This document shows, in pieces, positions 1 to 10,651 of a stretch of DNA of 64,000 nt. The notes beneath the pieces were generated by a model. The model saw only the letters and a program-made list of their open reading frames with translations, was not told the DNA's origin and ran no database searches. The DNA comes from an uncultured Nitrospiraceae bacterium (lineage in GTDB: Bacteria; Nitrospirota; Nitrospiria; Nitrospirales; Nitrospiraceae). The DNA lies in assembly GCA_963706325.1 (NCBI GenBank), contig CAVPLT010000004.1:192001-256000 (forward strand), read 5' to 3'. A program made the translations under genes and the position numbers. Each line of letters starts with the position of its first letter. Position 1 is the first letter of the stretch.

Positions 1-229
<229 letters not shown>

Positions 230-354
230 CTTTGCTCCTGATAGACGTGGTCTTAACAAGAACAAACCAGAGACGAGCTATGTTTTCGTGGATCAGGGAC
301 GAGTCCCGCATGATCGCCAGACATAGTCACTCCCAAGTTTGATTTTTCAGAAGT

Positions 355-472
355 TTCCGGTGGCCTTGCCGGAGGGGTCACACCCGTTCCCATACCGAAC
401 ACGGAAGTTAAGCCCTCCAAGGCCGATGATACTGCTGCCGCGAGGCAGTGGGACAGTAGGACGCTGCCGGGT
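355..472 (+). rRNA. rrf: 5S rRNA
   Basis: CACCCGTTCCCATACCGAACACGGAAGTTAAGC core, GCCGATGATACT, AGTAGGACGCTGCCGG; terminal helix; follows 23S. Confidence 0.97.
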
Positions 473-475
473 TAC

Positions 476-512
476 AAAAAGAGCCTGCTCGAGAACTCGG
501 GCAGGCTTTTTT
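476..512 (+). terminator. Intrinsic terminator of rRNA operon
   Basis: AGCCTGCTCGAG-AA-CTCGGGCAGGCT stem followed by T-run and preceded by A-run. Confidence 0.9.
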
Positions 513-815
513 ATTTTGACCTCCGTAGCACTTGCGACTTTCATGACAAGATTCGAAGGGTTTTATTCCCTGACATCAATCACGATAGGGTGATAAAGAA
601 TTGCCGGGACCAGCAGTTGGTTTGGACTTTTGCCGCTGAAATGTAGAACCCTGTTATGTTGAGAGATCTCAACAGTCATTGTATTTGAAGTGCCTTACTC
701 CATGAGGCATGCAAGTGTACGTGGGATGTTGGTGTAGACGAAGCATGGACTTCATGACGCGTATCGCCGAGTTTCTTCCAACGACCCCAGAGAGATTCGG
801 CCTGCACAATATGAC

Positions 816-1277
816 GTGCTCAGGGAAAAGGCTTTAGAGCGCGTACTGGGTACAGTGTACGAGTATGTGGGGCATGCCATCATTCCATATGAAGCTGGGG
901 GTCCCGTTCACATGTACTGCTTTCCACAATCGGATTGCTCGACAGCATTTGCCACAATGCAACTGCTAAAGCCTGATGGTAGCGGCCCAACGAAGTCTTC
1001 CATTGGTACCTCTGAACTGGTTCTTTTTACTCGCCCTAGAGTTACAAGGCCGAAACCAAATGCGCCATTCGAGTTGATCGAGAATAGAATTCGCGCTATT
1101 TTTACGACTATCGGTCGTTATTCAAGGGTGACTATACTCAACCCGGGAGATACTGCCGAAGTACAATCGGCTGAGCTTCATTATGCGCGTGCCAATGGGG
1201 CTTCGAGTTTGATCCGCCTGCTCAAGCGTGCCGGTAACTATCCGAATAGCGATCTACGGAGAGGGCGGGTCGCGTGA
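816..1277 (+). pseudogene. Suppressor-of-fused (SUFU-like) domain protein, probably internally deleted remnant
   Basis: ALERVLG..VGHAIIPYEAGGPVHMY, FATMQL, IGTSELVLFT and ELHYARANG..LIRLLKRAGNYPNSDLRR resemble bacterial SUFU proteins; central part appears missing; more AT-rich than flanks. Confidence 0.5.
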
Positions 1278-1962
1278 GTGTGGACCTGGGAGCTCTGACT
1301 TGTTGCGAAGTCTGATCTGACTTCCTACAAGATTCATGGCCGCGAGGAGCGAGATCAGCAAGATTGCAGCTATCTTGAAATGCTTCATGGTTTGGACCCC
1401 TCTCAGTCCTGAGGAGGCCCAGCTCTGCACTTCGCAATCTACTTTTGACTGGTCCGCCAATAACTTTCCAGGAAGCGAAGTAATGTTTGTTCAATCTTGG
1501 AAATCGGGTGTCAATCGCATTTTCTTCAACTGAAATGTTTTCCTGAGCCGAACGCGAGCCTTCTGTGCGTGCGAGTAGGTGTATAGTAATCGCCATAATA
1601 TTGCAGTGTCCCAGTGACCATGGGTTGTCAAATGATACATTCACTGCATGAAGATCCTGATATAAACCGAGTTCAGGTGTGCTCTTTCCTTAGTCTCTTC
1701 TGTTGTAATCCTCCCTGGCCCGCGAGAACAGTTGCCTGACTGTACGATAACCCGTCGGCCCATCTGCCCTAGACCTCAGTGGGAGCGCCAATGGCGCAAA
1801 ATTTAGCAATTATTAGAGCCTGATTTCTTAAGGCAATCCGGCCCCCCGGCGTGTTGGCGGTCCGTACATCCCATTTTATCTGCCATGGGGCTGGCCACTA
1901 AGATGCGGTAGGACAGATGTCAAAAAAATCTGATGAATCACAGCCACATCCGACGCTGGTGC

Positions 1963-2843
1963 TTATCCTTCCTTCCTCAGGCGCGCTGCAATGCGCGACT
2001 CTGCCGACGCCCAGCCGGCGTCGAAGGGATGGCCCTGGCTGTCAATGTCGATGACCACCGGGGCGTGATCAGAGGGCAAGGGTCTGCCTTTCCGTGCTTC
2101 GCGATCGATCTCTGCCCAGACGACGCGCTGTTGTAACGGCTTGGTCACGAGAAGGTGATCGATGCGAATGCCGATGTTCTTGTGAAAGTTTCCGGCACGG
2201 TAGTCCCACCAGGTGTACCGCCCTGGTTCTGGGTGATGCAATCGGTACGCATCGACGAATCCCGCGCTCGACAGTTGGGCCAACGCCTGCCGCTCGCGCT
2301 CTGTGACGTGCGTCTCGCCCGGCAGGCAGCGAGGTCCCACACATCGATATCGGCGGGCGCGACGTTGAAATCACCGCCGATCACGGCTGGTGCCTTCGGG
2401 GGAAGGTTCTGATCGATCCAGCGAGCCAGCCTGTCGAACCAGGCGAGCTTTGCTTGATAGAAGGGCGAGTCGATCTGCCGGCCGTTCGGCGCGTATATGC
2501 AGATGACGTGGAGACCACCGCACTCAGCACTGATCATCCTTGCCTCGGCCTGCGGTTCGTCGTCGCCGGTGTCAGCCGGTTGCGTCGGCCCTAATGGCTC
2601 TCCGAAATTCGTGATCACACCGGCGATGCCGCAGCGGCTCGCGATTGCCACGCCGTTCCATCGGCCCTCGCCATGATGCACCAGTCCATATCCGGCCTGC
2701 TTGAACGCTTTGATAGGTGCATCCGCGTCCGCCAGTTTCGTTTCCTGCATCAACAGGATATCCGGCTTCGCCCGATCTAGCCACCACATTACCTTCTCCA
2801 GGCGAGCGTTGAGCGAATTAACATTCCAGGTGGCAATCCGCAT
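1963..2843 (-). CDS. xth: Exodeoxyribonuclease III; split by one frameshift near 2318-2335
   Basis: MRIATWNVNS, QETK, YAPNG and GDFN in ORF 2145-2858; YTWWDYR, RIDH and SDHAP in ORF 1963-2340. Confidence 0.9.
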
Positions 2844-2981
2844 GGCTAAAGACACCACTACTTCAGTGAATTCATCGTAACGACTGGATTTAGTTCTGCG
2901 TAGAGTCGATGTCGATTTTGATCATTGGGGACGACTATCTGTCAAGAGCAGCCGTTGACTTTCAAATCGGAGGTGCGAAGC

Positions 2982-3344
2982 ATGAAATATCTACTCCTAT
3001 GTTGCCACGAAGAGAAGGAGTTTGATGCCATGTCCAAGAGCGAGTGCGATACCATGATGGAAGAGACCATGGCCTATTGCGAAGCGCTGAAGAAGACAGG
3101 TCAACTCCTGGCGGTCGAGCAACTCGAACCAATTCAGGCGGCCATGACCGTGCGAGTCCGAAACGGCAAATCCACCGTCACTGACGGTCCCTTTGCTGAA
3201 ACGAAAGAGCAGCTCGGCGGGTATTTCCTGATCAACGCCCACGATCTGAGCGAGGCGATCCAGGTCGCCTCGAAGTTTCCTTCGGTGCGGTTCGGCGCCA
3301 TGGAGGTGCGGCCTGTCAGAGGGATTCCCGGCAGCGGCCGCTAG
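2982..3344 (+). CDS. YciI (DGPF) family protein
   Basis: MKYLLL..TVRVRNGK..VTDGPFAETKEQLGGYFLI..EVRPV; SD GGAGG upstream. Confidence 0.9.
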   Translation: MKYLLLCCHEEKEFDAMSKSECDTMMEETMAYCEALKKTGQLLAVEQLEPIQAAMTVRVRNGKSTVTDGPFAETKEQLGGYFLINAHDLSEAIQVASKFPSVRFGAMEVRPVRGIPGSGR

Positions 3345-3464
3345 ATGGCTGCTTCATGGAGTTCATCATAAAGGCTCGCACGCCCGCACCATTAGGTGAA
3401 GAGTAGCGCAGGCGGAGGCAAAAGGGGCCGGGAGTCTTTCCCGATGGATAAAGAGAAGGACTGC

Positions 3465-4118
3465 ATGAACAAAGTGAAAATCGCGGCCTTTTCGGTGTCG
3501 CTCGATGGATTTGGCTCGGGACCTCGACAGGATTTGCAGAATCCGCTAAGGGTTCGTGGAGTGGAGCCGCATCCTGGTTTGTGGACCCGGATGTCTTCAA
3601 GAAAATGAACGATCAAGGTGAAGGGTCGCATGGCACCGATAATGATTTTGCGGCGCAGTCAATGGACAATGTTGGCGCCTGGATTTTGGGGCGGAACATG
3701 TTCGGGCCGTTCCGCGGTCCCTGGAAAGACAAGTCCTGGAAGGGCTGGTGGGGAGATAATCCGCCGTACCCTGCGCCGGTGTTGGTTCTCACGCATCACG
3801 CGCGCCACAACTTACGATGGAAGGCGGCACGACCTTTTACTTTGTCACCGATGGCGTCGAGTCGGCCTTGAAAACGGCGAAAGCAGCGGCCAAAGGCAAG
3901 GACGTTCGGATTGGTGAGGCGTTGCCACAATTCGTCAGTACCTGACCGCCGGCCAAATCGATGAGATCCACATAACCATGTCGCCGATATTCATGGGCGA
4001 AGGGGAGCATCTCTTTGCCGGCCTTAATCTCCACGCTCTTGGGTTCACATCCATCCAAACTGTTGCCTGTGAAAAGGCAACGCATGTTCTGATTAAAAGA
4101 GGAGGGAAATTGGAATAG
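3465..4118 (+). pseudogene. Dihydrofolate reductase/RibD C-terminal family protein, three frameshifts
   Basis: FSVSLDGFGSGP, GAWILGRNMFGP, WKGWWGDNPPY, MEGGTTFYFVTDG and GKDVRIG..TIRQYL..IDEIH spread over successive frames. Confidence 0.75.
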
Positions 4119-4169
4119 AGGTCTCGTTGAGGTGGAAGCCGAACGCAAGCTGGGAAGTGGAAGCATCTC

Positions 4170-4514
4170 GTGAAGGTGAAACGTATCGTTCCAAATATCG
4201 CAGCGCCCACTTACAAAAGGTCGACGCCTTTACCGGGACGTATGTGGCATCAAGAAACTTTTGGATCTTGGTTGGCTACGCACCTATAGCTCAGCAGCAA
4301 CTTTGAGGATTCAGCTCAGCGTCGCGTCGGAGGGAGGATCAGGCACAGCGGTCCCGGATATCTCGATCGAGGTCGATGACATTGAAGAGGCTCTGCTGAT
4401 AGCGCGGAAAGCCAGTTTGCCCATCGCCCACGGACCGGCGACCGACCGTGGTGTGCGCAAATTTTATGTCCTTATTTATTCGGAAGGTCGATCAACATTT
4501 TGCAACATGAGTAA
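4170..4514 (+). pseudogene. VOC/glyoxalase family protein, disrupted
   Basis: VKVKRIVPNIA start; QLSVASEGGSGTAVPDISIEVDD, GVRKFYV and FGRSINILQH in shifting frames. Confidence 0.65.
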
Positions 4515-4529
4515 CAGGCGGTTTCCATG

Positions 4530-6206
4530 CTATCGTGACAATAGTGTCGGCCTGTACTCCAGTCGCACTACGATTCCTTCATCCGGCCCGAGCTGGAACT
4601 GGTCTGCGTTCCAGCGGTCTGTCCTCCTTTGCTGACTGGTGGAGAGGATGACCGTACCGACGCGTCCATGGATGGCAACCGTGGTCGGGATCGAGACCGT
4701 CTGTGTCCGTGAGCTGAAATTCACCGCGATGAGCATCGCTTCTGTGTTATTTTCGGCTTGGAAGCTCCGCTGATAGAGCAGACAGTCTTTCGGGCCAGCG
4801 TCAACCGGTTGGTAGGCCCCGGCGGTCAGTGCCCGCGATCCTTTCTTCAACCGAATGAGTCGCTTGTAGAGCGATAACAGCGAGTCGGGATCACGCTGTT
4901 CGCGTGCGGCGTTCGTTTTTCGCCAATCGCGAGACAAAGGCAGCCATGGCTTCCCGGTTGTGAATCCTGCCTGAAGCCCGTCGTCCCATGGCATCGGTGT
5001 CCTCGCGGGATCGCGACCGGTCTTCCACGGCCAATAGCGGATCGTGTAGGGATCGCGTAACTCCGATCGGCGCAGCTTCCCATCCCGCAATCCTACCTCT
5101 TCTCCATAATAGACAAAGGGTGTTCCGCGAAGTGTAAAGAGCAGCAGGGCGGCAGCCCTGGCTCTGCGCACTTGGTCACCGCCTTTGCCGTAGCGATCGA
5201 CATGCCGAGCCTGATCGTGATTACTGAAGACGACGGGAGGCCATCCGCCGAGCGGCACAGCCCGGTCGCTCTCTTCGATCAGTCGTCGAAAATGGTCCGC
5301 CCGCCATGACGATCGAAGAAGACGGAAATCGAACACCTCGTGCAGCTCGTTCGAACCGCTGCCATAGAATGACGCAGGCCCACCCGGAGTGTCGGACGAG
5401 GCTTCGCCGACGAGCAGTATGTCATTGCGGTCCTTGAGAGCCCCCCGCAGCGCTCGAAGGGCCTCGTGAGTTTGGGATTGATCGCGGTCGTAGCGGTGCT
5501 CTTGTCGATAGTAACTGCGCCACGCTAGCCGTCGAGGATTGTTGGGCCATGTCAGGTCTTTTCCCAGCCAGTTGATCGCGTCGAGACGGAAGCCGTCCAC
5601 GCCGCGATCGATCCAGAAACGAAGGACATCGAAAACGGCATCGCGTACGGACGGATTGGTCCAGTTTAGGTCCGGTTGCTGAGACAGGAACGAATGCAGG
5701 TAGTATTGGCCGGTGCGCGGATCACGAGACCAGGCCGATCCACCGAACCGCGCAGCCCAATTATTTGGGGGTCGGTTCTTCGACTTGCCGTCAGCCCAGT
5801 AATACCAGTTCCGTTTGGGAGAGGTGCGAGACGACCGCGATTCGATGAACCACGGATGCTGGTCGGATGTGTGATTTAGGACGAGGTCCATGAGGATGCG
5901 AATGTCGCGGCGGCGAGCTTCAGCCGTGAGACGGTCGAAGTCAGCCAGCGATCCGAAACGCGGATCGATGTCGCAGTAGTCCATGACGTCGTAGCCGAAG
6001 TCATGCATGGGCGAGGGATAGACAGGGGATAGCCAGATGGCATCGACGCCGAGTGAGTCGGGTGTCCCCTTGAGATAATCGAGCCGGCTGGTGATTCCCG
6101 GGAGGTCGCCGATCCCGTCCCCGTTAGAATCCTGAAATGACCAGGGGTAGATCTGATAGATGACGGCCGTTTGCCACCAGGGGAGGCCTGATTGAATCAA
6201 GCACAT
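4530..6206 (-). CDS. GH13 alpha-glucosidase (oligo-1,6-glucosidase-like)
   Basis: [63 protein letters not shown]. Confidence 0.92.
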   Translation of the reverse strand: MCLIQSGLPWWQTAVIYQIYPWSFQDSNGDGIGDLPGITSRLDYLKGTPDSLGVDAIWLSPVYPSPMHDFGYDVMDYCDIDPRFGSLADFDRLTAEARRRDIRILMDLVLNHTSDQHPWFIESRSSRTSPKRNWYYWADGKSKNRPPNNWAARFGGSAWSRDPRTGQYYLHSFLSQQPDLNWTNPSVRDAVFDVLRFWIDRGVDGFRLDAINWLGKDLTWPNNPRRLAWRSYYRQEHRYDRDQSQTHEALRALRGALKDRNDILLVGEASSDTPGGPASFYGSGSNELHEVFDFRLLRSSWRADHFRRLIEESDRAVPLGGWPPVVFSNHDQARHVDRYGKGGDQVRRARAAALLLFTLRGTPFVYYGEEVGLRDGKLRRSELRDPYTIRYWPWKTGRDPARTPMPWDDGLQAGFTTGKPWLPLSRDWRKTNAAREQRDPDSLLSLYKRLIRLKKGSRALTAGAYQPVDAGPKDCLLYQRSFQAENNTEAMLIAVNFSSRTQTVSIPTTVAIHGRVGTVILSTSQQRRTDRWNADQFQLGPDEGIVVRLEYRPTLLSR

Positions 6207-6480
6207 AGCATTGTTTCGAACTTACCTCAGATCTCCCATTTCCAACAAGCGACGCATGATTTTTTGCAACATGGAAAATATCCGCTCTTCGCGCTAACTG
6301 GAGTGATGGATGTATTGGCCCTCGTCGATTGGCAGTAGCCTTTTGCGACAGGGGGCGGGACGACCTGTTTTGTTTTCTTCTATATTTCAGGGTGACCGTT
6401 TTAGTATGATTTTCTTCCGCGCATGTCCCTGTCGGCTCAAGGGTATTGCTTTTATCAAACCGAGCGATAAATCCCCTCTT

Positions 6481-7161
6481 ATGTTGCCTCCTGTTCCTTC
6501 CTGCTGGAAGGCGTTACTCAGAGACGAAACGACCAGCAATTCTCTTCATACACTCGACACATTTCTCGAACAGGAAGCGGCTCAAGGGCGGCTTGTCTTA
6601 CCACCGCGGCAGGATATCTTCAGATCGCTGCAAATAACACCGTACGAGGCAGTCCGAGTCGTGCTGGTGGGCCAGGATCCCTACCACACTCCAGGCATGG
6701 CCCATGGCCTGTGTTTTTCCGTGCGATCTCACGTTCGCTCGTTGCCGCCGTCCCTGAAAAACATATATAAGGAACTCCGCGACGATGTCGGATGTCGCAT
6801 TCCGAACAATGGTTATTTGGAACCTTGGGCGAGGCAGGGTGTGTTAATGCTGAATACGGTCTTGACGGTTCGCGCGCATGCGGCCAATTCACATCGGGGA
6901 AAAGGGTGGGAGGCGGTGACCGACCGCATCCTTGAGGGGGTAAATGCCAAGCGGACTCGCGTGGTATTTGTGCTTTGGGGCGGGGAGGCGAAGAAGAAAC
7001 GATCGCTGGTGACGAACGCAGAGCATGTCGTCGTCACCAGTGCCCACCCTTCGCCATTGTCGGCCAGCAAGTTCTTTGGCTCACGGTGTTTCTCTCAGGT
7101 CAATCGAGCCCTCAGTGCAGCGAATCTCGCGCCGATCAATTGGCAAATTCCTGACATCTGA
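6481..7161 (+). CDS. ung: Uracil-DNA glycosylase family 1
   Basis: GQDPYH, AHGLCFSV, PPSLKNIYKEL, WARQGVLMLNTVLTV, HPSPLS; start chosen at internal ATG. Confidence 0.95.
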   Translation: MLPPVPSCWKALLRDETTSNSLHTLDTFLEQEAAQGRLVLPPRQDIFRSLQITPYEAVRVVLVGQDPYHTPGMAHGLCFSVRSHVRSLPPSLKNIYKELRDDVGCRIPNNGYLEPWARQGVLMLNTVLTVRAHAANSHRGKGWEAVTDRILEGVNAKRTRVVFVLWGGEAKKKRSLVTNAEHVVVTSAHPSPLSASKFFGSRCFSQVNRALSAANLAPINWQIPDI

Positions 7162-7208
7162 GTGACTGCTCCATCCAAGAGGGTTTTCAACCGCAAAATA
7201 AGATGAAT

Positions 7209-7238
7209 TTGACTTCTCGAGATGTAGTCTTTTATACT
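7209..7238 (+). promoter_or_regulatory. Sigma-70 promoter of carbonic anhydrase
   Basis: TTGACT-N18-TATACT upstream of CDS. Confidence 0.6.
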
Positions 7239-7294
7239 ACGAATAATGTGGTACCCAAGGTACAGTTTATGAGTTGTGGAGGTTGCCTCCGAGA

Positions 7295-8083
7295 ATGAAT
7301 AGGTGTCTGGGGCTGAGCCTTAGTCTCACAGTGCTAAGCGTGACGGGTAGCTTGTGGGCGGCCGATGGTGATGTGGCCGCCGTGCAAGGACTCATTCCCA
7401 CACATGCGGTGCCACTGCAATGGCAGTATGACGGGGATCAGGGGCCCACGCACTGGGGGGCGTTGGCCACGACCACCGCATCCTGTGAAAAAGGCACTCA
7501 TCAGTCGCCCATCAACATCCGAACTGCACCCCATCTTCAGGGCCACGATGGCCTCTTGATTCGCTACACCGCAGTTCCAGGTCACGTCGTGACTTCATCT
7601 CACACTGTCGAGGTGGATTTTCAGTCAGGCGGTACGCTCGAAATCCTTGGACGGTCTTATGCCCTCAAGGAGTTCCACTTTCATGCGCCGAGTGAACATC
7701 AACTCAATGGCCGTGTATACCCTATGGAAGCCCATCTCGTGCATCGAGATGAGACGGGTCATCTTGTTGTGCTGGCGGTGTTGATGGACCTTGGAACTGA
7801 ATCGACGTCGATGTCAGCCGTCTGGGAGCGGATTCCGAGCGGAAAACAGGAAGCCGTTCGCGACCTGCTGCTTAATCCGCAGGACCTGCTTCCGACAGAC
7901 TTGCATCACTATGCCTATGACGGGTCGCTCACGACACCTCCCTGTACCGAAGGCGTCCATTGGATTGTGCTCAAATCACCCATTGCTATCACGGCAACTC
8001 ATCTCGATCGATTTATTGCTCTCATCGGTTACAACGCCCGTCCTGTCCAGCCACTGAATGAGCGGGGCATTGAAGAGGAGTGA
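7295..8083 (+). CDS. cah: Alpha-class carbonic anhydrase, exported
   Basis: Signal peptide; QSPINI, EFHFHAPSEH and MEAHLVH Zn ligands; YDGSLTTPPCTEGVHW; NARPVQPLN. Confidence 0.93.
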   Translation: MNRCLGLSLSLTVLSVTGSLWAADGDVAAVQGLIPTHAVPLQWQYDGDQGPTHWGALATTTASCEKGTHQSPINIRTAPHLQGHDGLLIRYTAVPGHVVTSSHTVEVDFQSGGTLEILGRSYALKEFHFHAPSEHQLNGRVYPMEAHLVHRDETGHLVVLAVLMDLGTESTSMSAVWERIPSGKQEAVRDLLLNPQDLLPTDLHHYAYDGSLTTPPCTEGVHWIVLKSPIAITATHLDRFIALIGYNARPVQPLNERGIEEE

Positions 8084-8712
8084 GGGACTGGACCGGTGAT
8101 GCACCCCGCCCTCTAGACATCGTGGCTCCAGGTGACGTTCTGATTCGACCTTCGAATTTCTATCCTTCAACGTAGATTCTTGAAGAACCACCGGCCTTCG
8201 ATGGCCATTTATCTGTATAGTCGGCTGCTACCTTCCGATGTAGCGGCAGGAATCTATCCAATATCTCCACTGTGCCGCCTTCCCAAAAGATCAGAGTTGT
8301 TTATTGCGAGAAAACGCAACGGCACATGGGACTTAAGGCTCAGGGGGGTGTGCGTGGTAAACCCTGTGTAGCCTGTCAGCTCTCTTGGCTCACGGCGCAC
8401 ATTCCTATTATGCGTGACGCAGCCAGAAACCAATATATCGAACTAGCTCGCACGGACGGAGGGAGAGCACGTGATTAACGGAGCCGATTGCATAGTAACA
8501 AAGTCCGGTAGAGATAGGGCCCAGCGGATAAAGGGGGGCGTAGCAAGCGCAAGCACACTGCATCCATAGGCGCATTCTCTCACGATTGGGCAAACAAACT
8601 GCTCCGCTGCCCTTGTTCGCTGCAAAAGGAGAGCGAATGGATGGTGTAGGGTCGATAATAATTATACTCGTATAGAATCATGTGCTTGCATCGGATACCC
8701 ATCGTTGGCGCA

Positions 8713-8741
8713 TTGACACCAGGCGCTGCCCTCTATAGGGT
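8713..8741 (+). promoter_or_regulatory. Sigma-70 promoter, probably leaderless transcript
   Basis: TTGACA-N17-TAGGGT, with ATG 7 nt after the -10 box. Confidence 0.6.
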
Positions 8742-8748
8742 GACTTGC

Positions 8749-9063
8749 ATGACGACCGAGCCACGTCGGCTTTCCCCTTGCGCGTGCAAGTCCCAAGTCT
8801 CCGCCGCTTCGACGCCACAGAACAACAGTTTCATCATGTTCCTCTGACAGCGATGCTTCCAGAGGTCAACGGCTTGATTTATAACGGCGGCACTCTGGTT
8901 TTTCGATGAGGCGTGCACAGGACGTGACAAGCTGTCTCGCTCGAGCAGAAGCCGCCGCATCGGAGCCGTCGAAGATTCGTTAACGATGTGTTTGGCCAGA
9001 AGTACCGCAAGTTTCGACTCCCGGACAGCGGATGGTTGCAGGACAAAGCTGTCAGCGAGATGA
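8749..9063 (+). CDS. Hypothetical ~104-aa protein hidden by two compensating frameshifts
   Basis: ATG and TGA in the same frame; indels at homopolymers 8771-8777 and 8899-8903 restore a continuous ORF (..FHHVPLTAMLPEVNGLIYNGGTLVFDEACTGRDK..). Confidence 0.45.
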
Positions 9064-9263
9064 GTCAGGGCGAGCCTTGATGCAAGTCGCTCCCGGGCGA
9101 TGGTGTCAAATACTGAATGCGCTGTCCTGGAGGAGCGCTCTGAGGCTCCTGGGGGGATTGTATGTGGCTAGTGGCGTGGTCGCTTCGGCGCAGACCATGA
9201 TAGCGGGGGCGTTTGACTGGCTGTGCAATGCTGAGATCAGGTCGAATTCAACATAAGGGATTT

Positions 9264-9560
9264 ATGAGCATAGAACGTCGTGTTCGATCAAGGCCAGCTG
9301 GTAGGCTCGGGGCATTAGAGGAACGGAGGGTCGAAGGATCCGCTTACGTTCAGGTACGAGCCGCTCGTGATATGGCGCTGGACATCAATACCGTCCAGCT
9401 ACCTAGGTTGAAATCATTGACCGGGATCGGTGAACACTACGCGCAAAAGATCGTGGAGGGTCGGCCATACCGGGATCGGGAAGAATTGCTGACGCGGCAC
9501 ATCTTGCCGCACTACATTTATGGACGCATCATGGAACGGCTTTGCGTGAGTCGGCCGTAG
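9264..9560 (+). CDS. Helix-hairpin-helix (ComEA-like) domain protein
   Basis: LDINT..LKSLTGIGEHYAQKIVEGRPYRDREELL..YGRI. Confidence 0.75.
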   Translation: MSIERRVRSRPAGRLGALEERRVEGSAYVQVRAARDMALDINTVQLPRLKSLTGIGEHYAQKIVEGRPYRDREELLTRHILPHYIYGRIMERLCVSRP

Positions 9561-9668
9561 CGGATACAAGATCGATTGGCTGCAGCCGGTGACCATTCGG
9601 GCTCCCCAAGCCAGGTGTGCTGTCATCAGGTCTGAAACATAGCCTCTAAGATGGAAGGGGACGACTGT

Positions 9669-10346
9669 ATGACACCCACTGGCGAGACGGTAGTGATGAT
9701 GCGTAGGCGCGGATCGCGGTCGGGGTATTGGCGGGAAGTGATAGCGGTGGTGATGGTGACCTGTTTCATGAGCTTGACGCCAGCACATGCAGCCGGCCTT
9801 GAGGAGGGACCGACTGAGGCTGTGAAGGAGACGGTTACGGAACTTCTCTATATCTTGAAAGAGTTTAAAGGCCCGAGCCGTTCCGAAGCACGCCGTTCTG
9901 AAATTGAGCAAGTGATTCGACGCCGAGTACATTACGAGGACATGGCCAAGCGATCTCTGGGATCGTCCTGGGCACAGATGAACGACATGGGGCGGCAGGA
10001 GTATGTGGGGCTCTTCGTGCAATTGCTTCGCGATGCCCTTGCAAACCGGATGATTGAATATTCCGGAGAACGGATCAGCTACCTGTCTGAGCGACGAGAG
10101 TCAGGATTCGCCGAGATCAAGACCAGCCTTGTGGGCGACAAGGTCGACACCTTCATAGACTTTCGATTGATGAATCAGAATGGACAGTGGTTGGTGTATG
10201 ACGCGGTCATGGACGGATCGAGCCTGGTAGGAAGTTACCATGCCCAATTCGCCAGCATAATTCGGGAGGCGTCCTGTGCGCAATTGATGGAGCGAATCAA
10301 AGAAAAAACGTTGATCGTGAAATTATTTGAGAGAAGCGGTTCCTAA
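9669..10346 (+). CDS. mlaC: MlaC/Ttg2D family periplasmic lipid-binding protein
   Basis: Signal peptide; YEDMAKRSLGSSW, YVGLFVQLL, IDFRL..WLVYDAVMDGSSLVGSYHAQFASII. Confidence 0.85.
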   Translation: MTPTGETVVMMRRRGSRSGYWREVIAVVMVTCFMSLTPAHAAGLEEGPTEAVKETVTELLYILKEFKGPSRSEARRSEIEQVIRRRVHYEDMAKRSLGSSWAQMNDMGRQEYVGLFVQLLRDALANRMIEYSGERISYLSERRESGFAEIKTSLVGDKVDTFIDFRLMNQNGQWLVYDAVMDGSSLVGSYHAQFASIIREASCAQLMERIKEKTLIVKLFERSGS

Positions 10347-10398
10347 ATTGTCTAATCCTGGACAAGGTCGAGAGTGGTTATTGCTAACGGAGAGAGCA

Positions 10399-10587
10399 AT
10401 GAGATGTCCCCGCTGTTACGGTCCGATGATGATGATCAAAATGAAGGACATCGTAACTGACACGATGGCTTATGGTTGGGGCTGTCGGCAATGCGGCGCG
10501 GTTATCGATTCCCTAATCGATATTCATCGCCAGTGGCACCTGGAGCCGCGCGCGACGTGGGCGCATTTGGCCGTCGCTTCCTGTTAG
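10399..10587 (+). CDS. Small zinc-ribbon protein
   Basis: MRCPRC..GWGCRQCGAVID, two CxxC pairs; SD GGAGAG. Confidence 0.65.
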   Translation: MRCPRCYGPMMMIKMKDIVTDTMAYGWGCRQCGAVIDSLIDIHRQWHLEPRATWAHLAVASC

Positions 10588-10651
10588 TCGGAATCTGAAT
10601 GAGATGAGCTGAAGTGCGTACCCTCTGGAATCAGGAAGAAGAAACCCCGTT

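Noticed and set aside
230..354. Possible tRNA in the 23S-5S spacer or after 5S
   Set aside because: No cloverleaf with a TTCGA T-loop and acceptor stem was seen
339..593. ORFs 339-593 (+) and 347-544 (-)
   Set aside because: They overlap the 5S rRNA and its terminator; spurious
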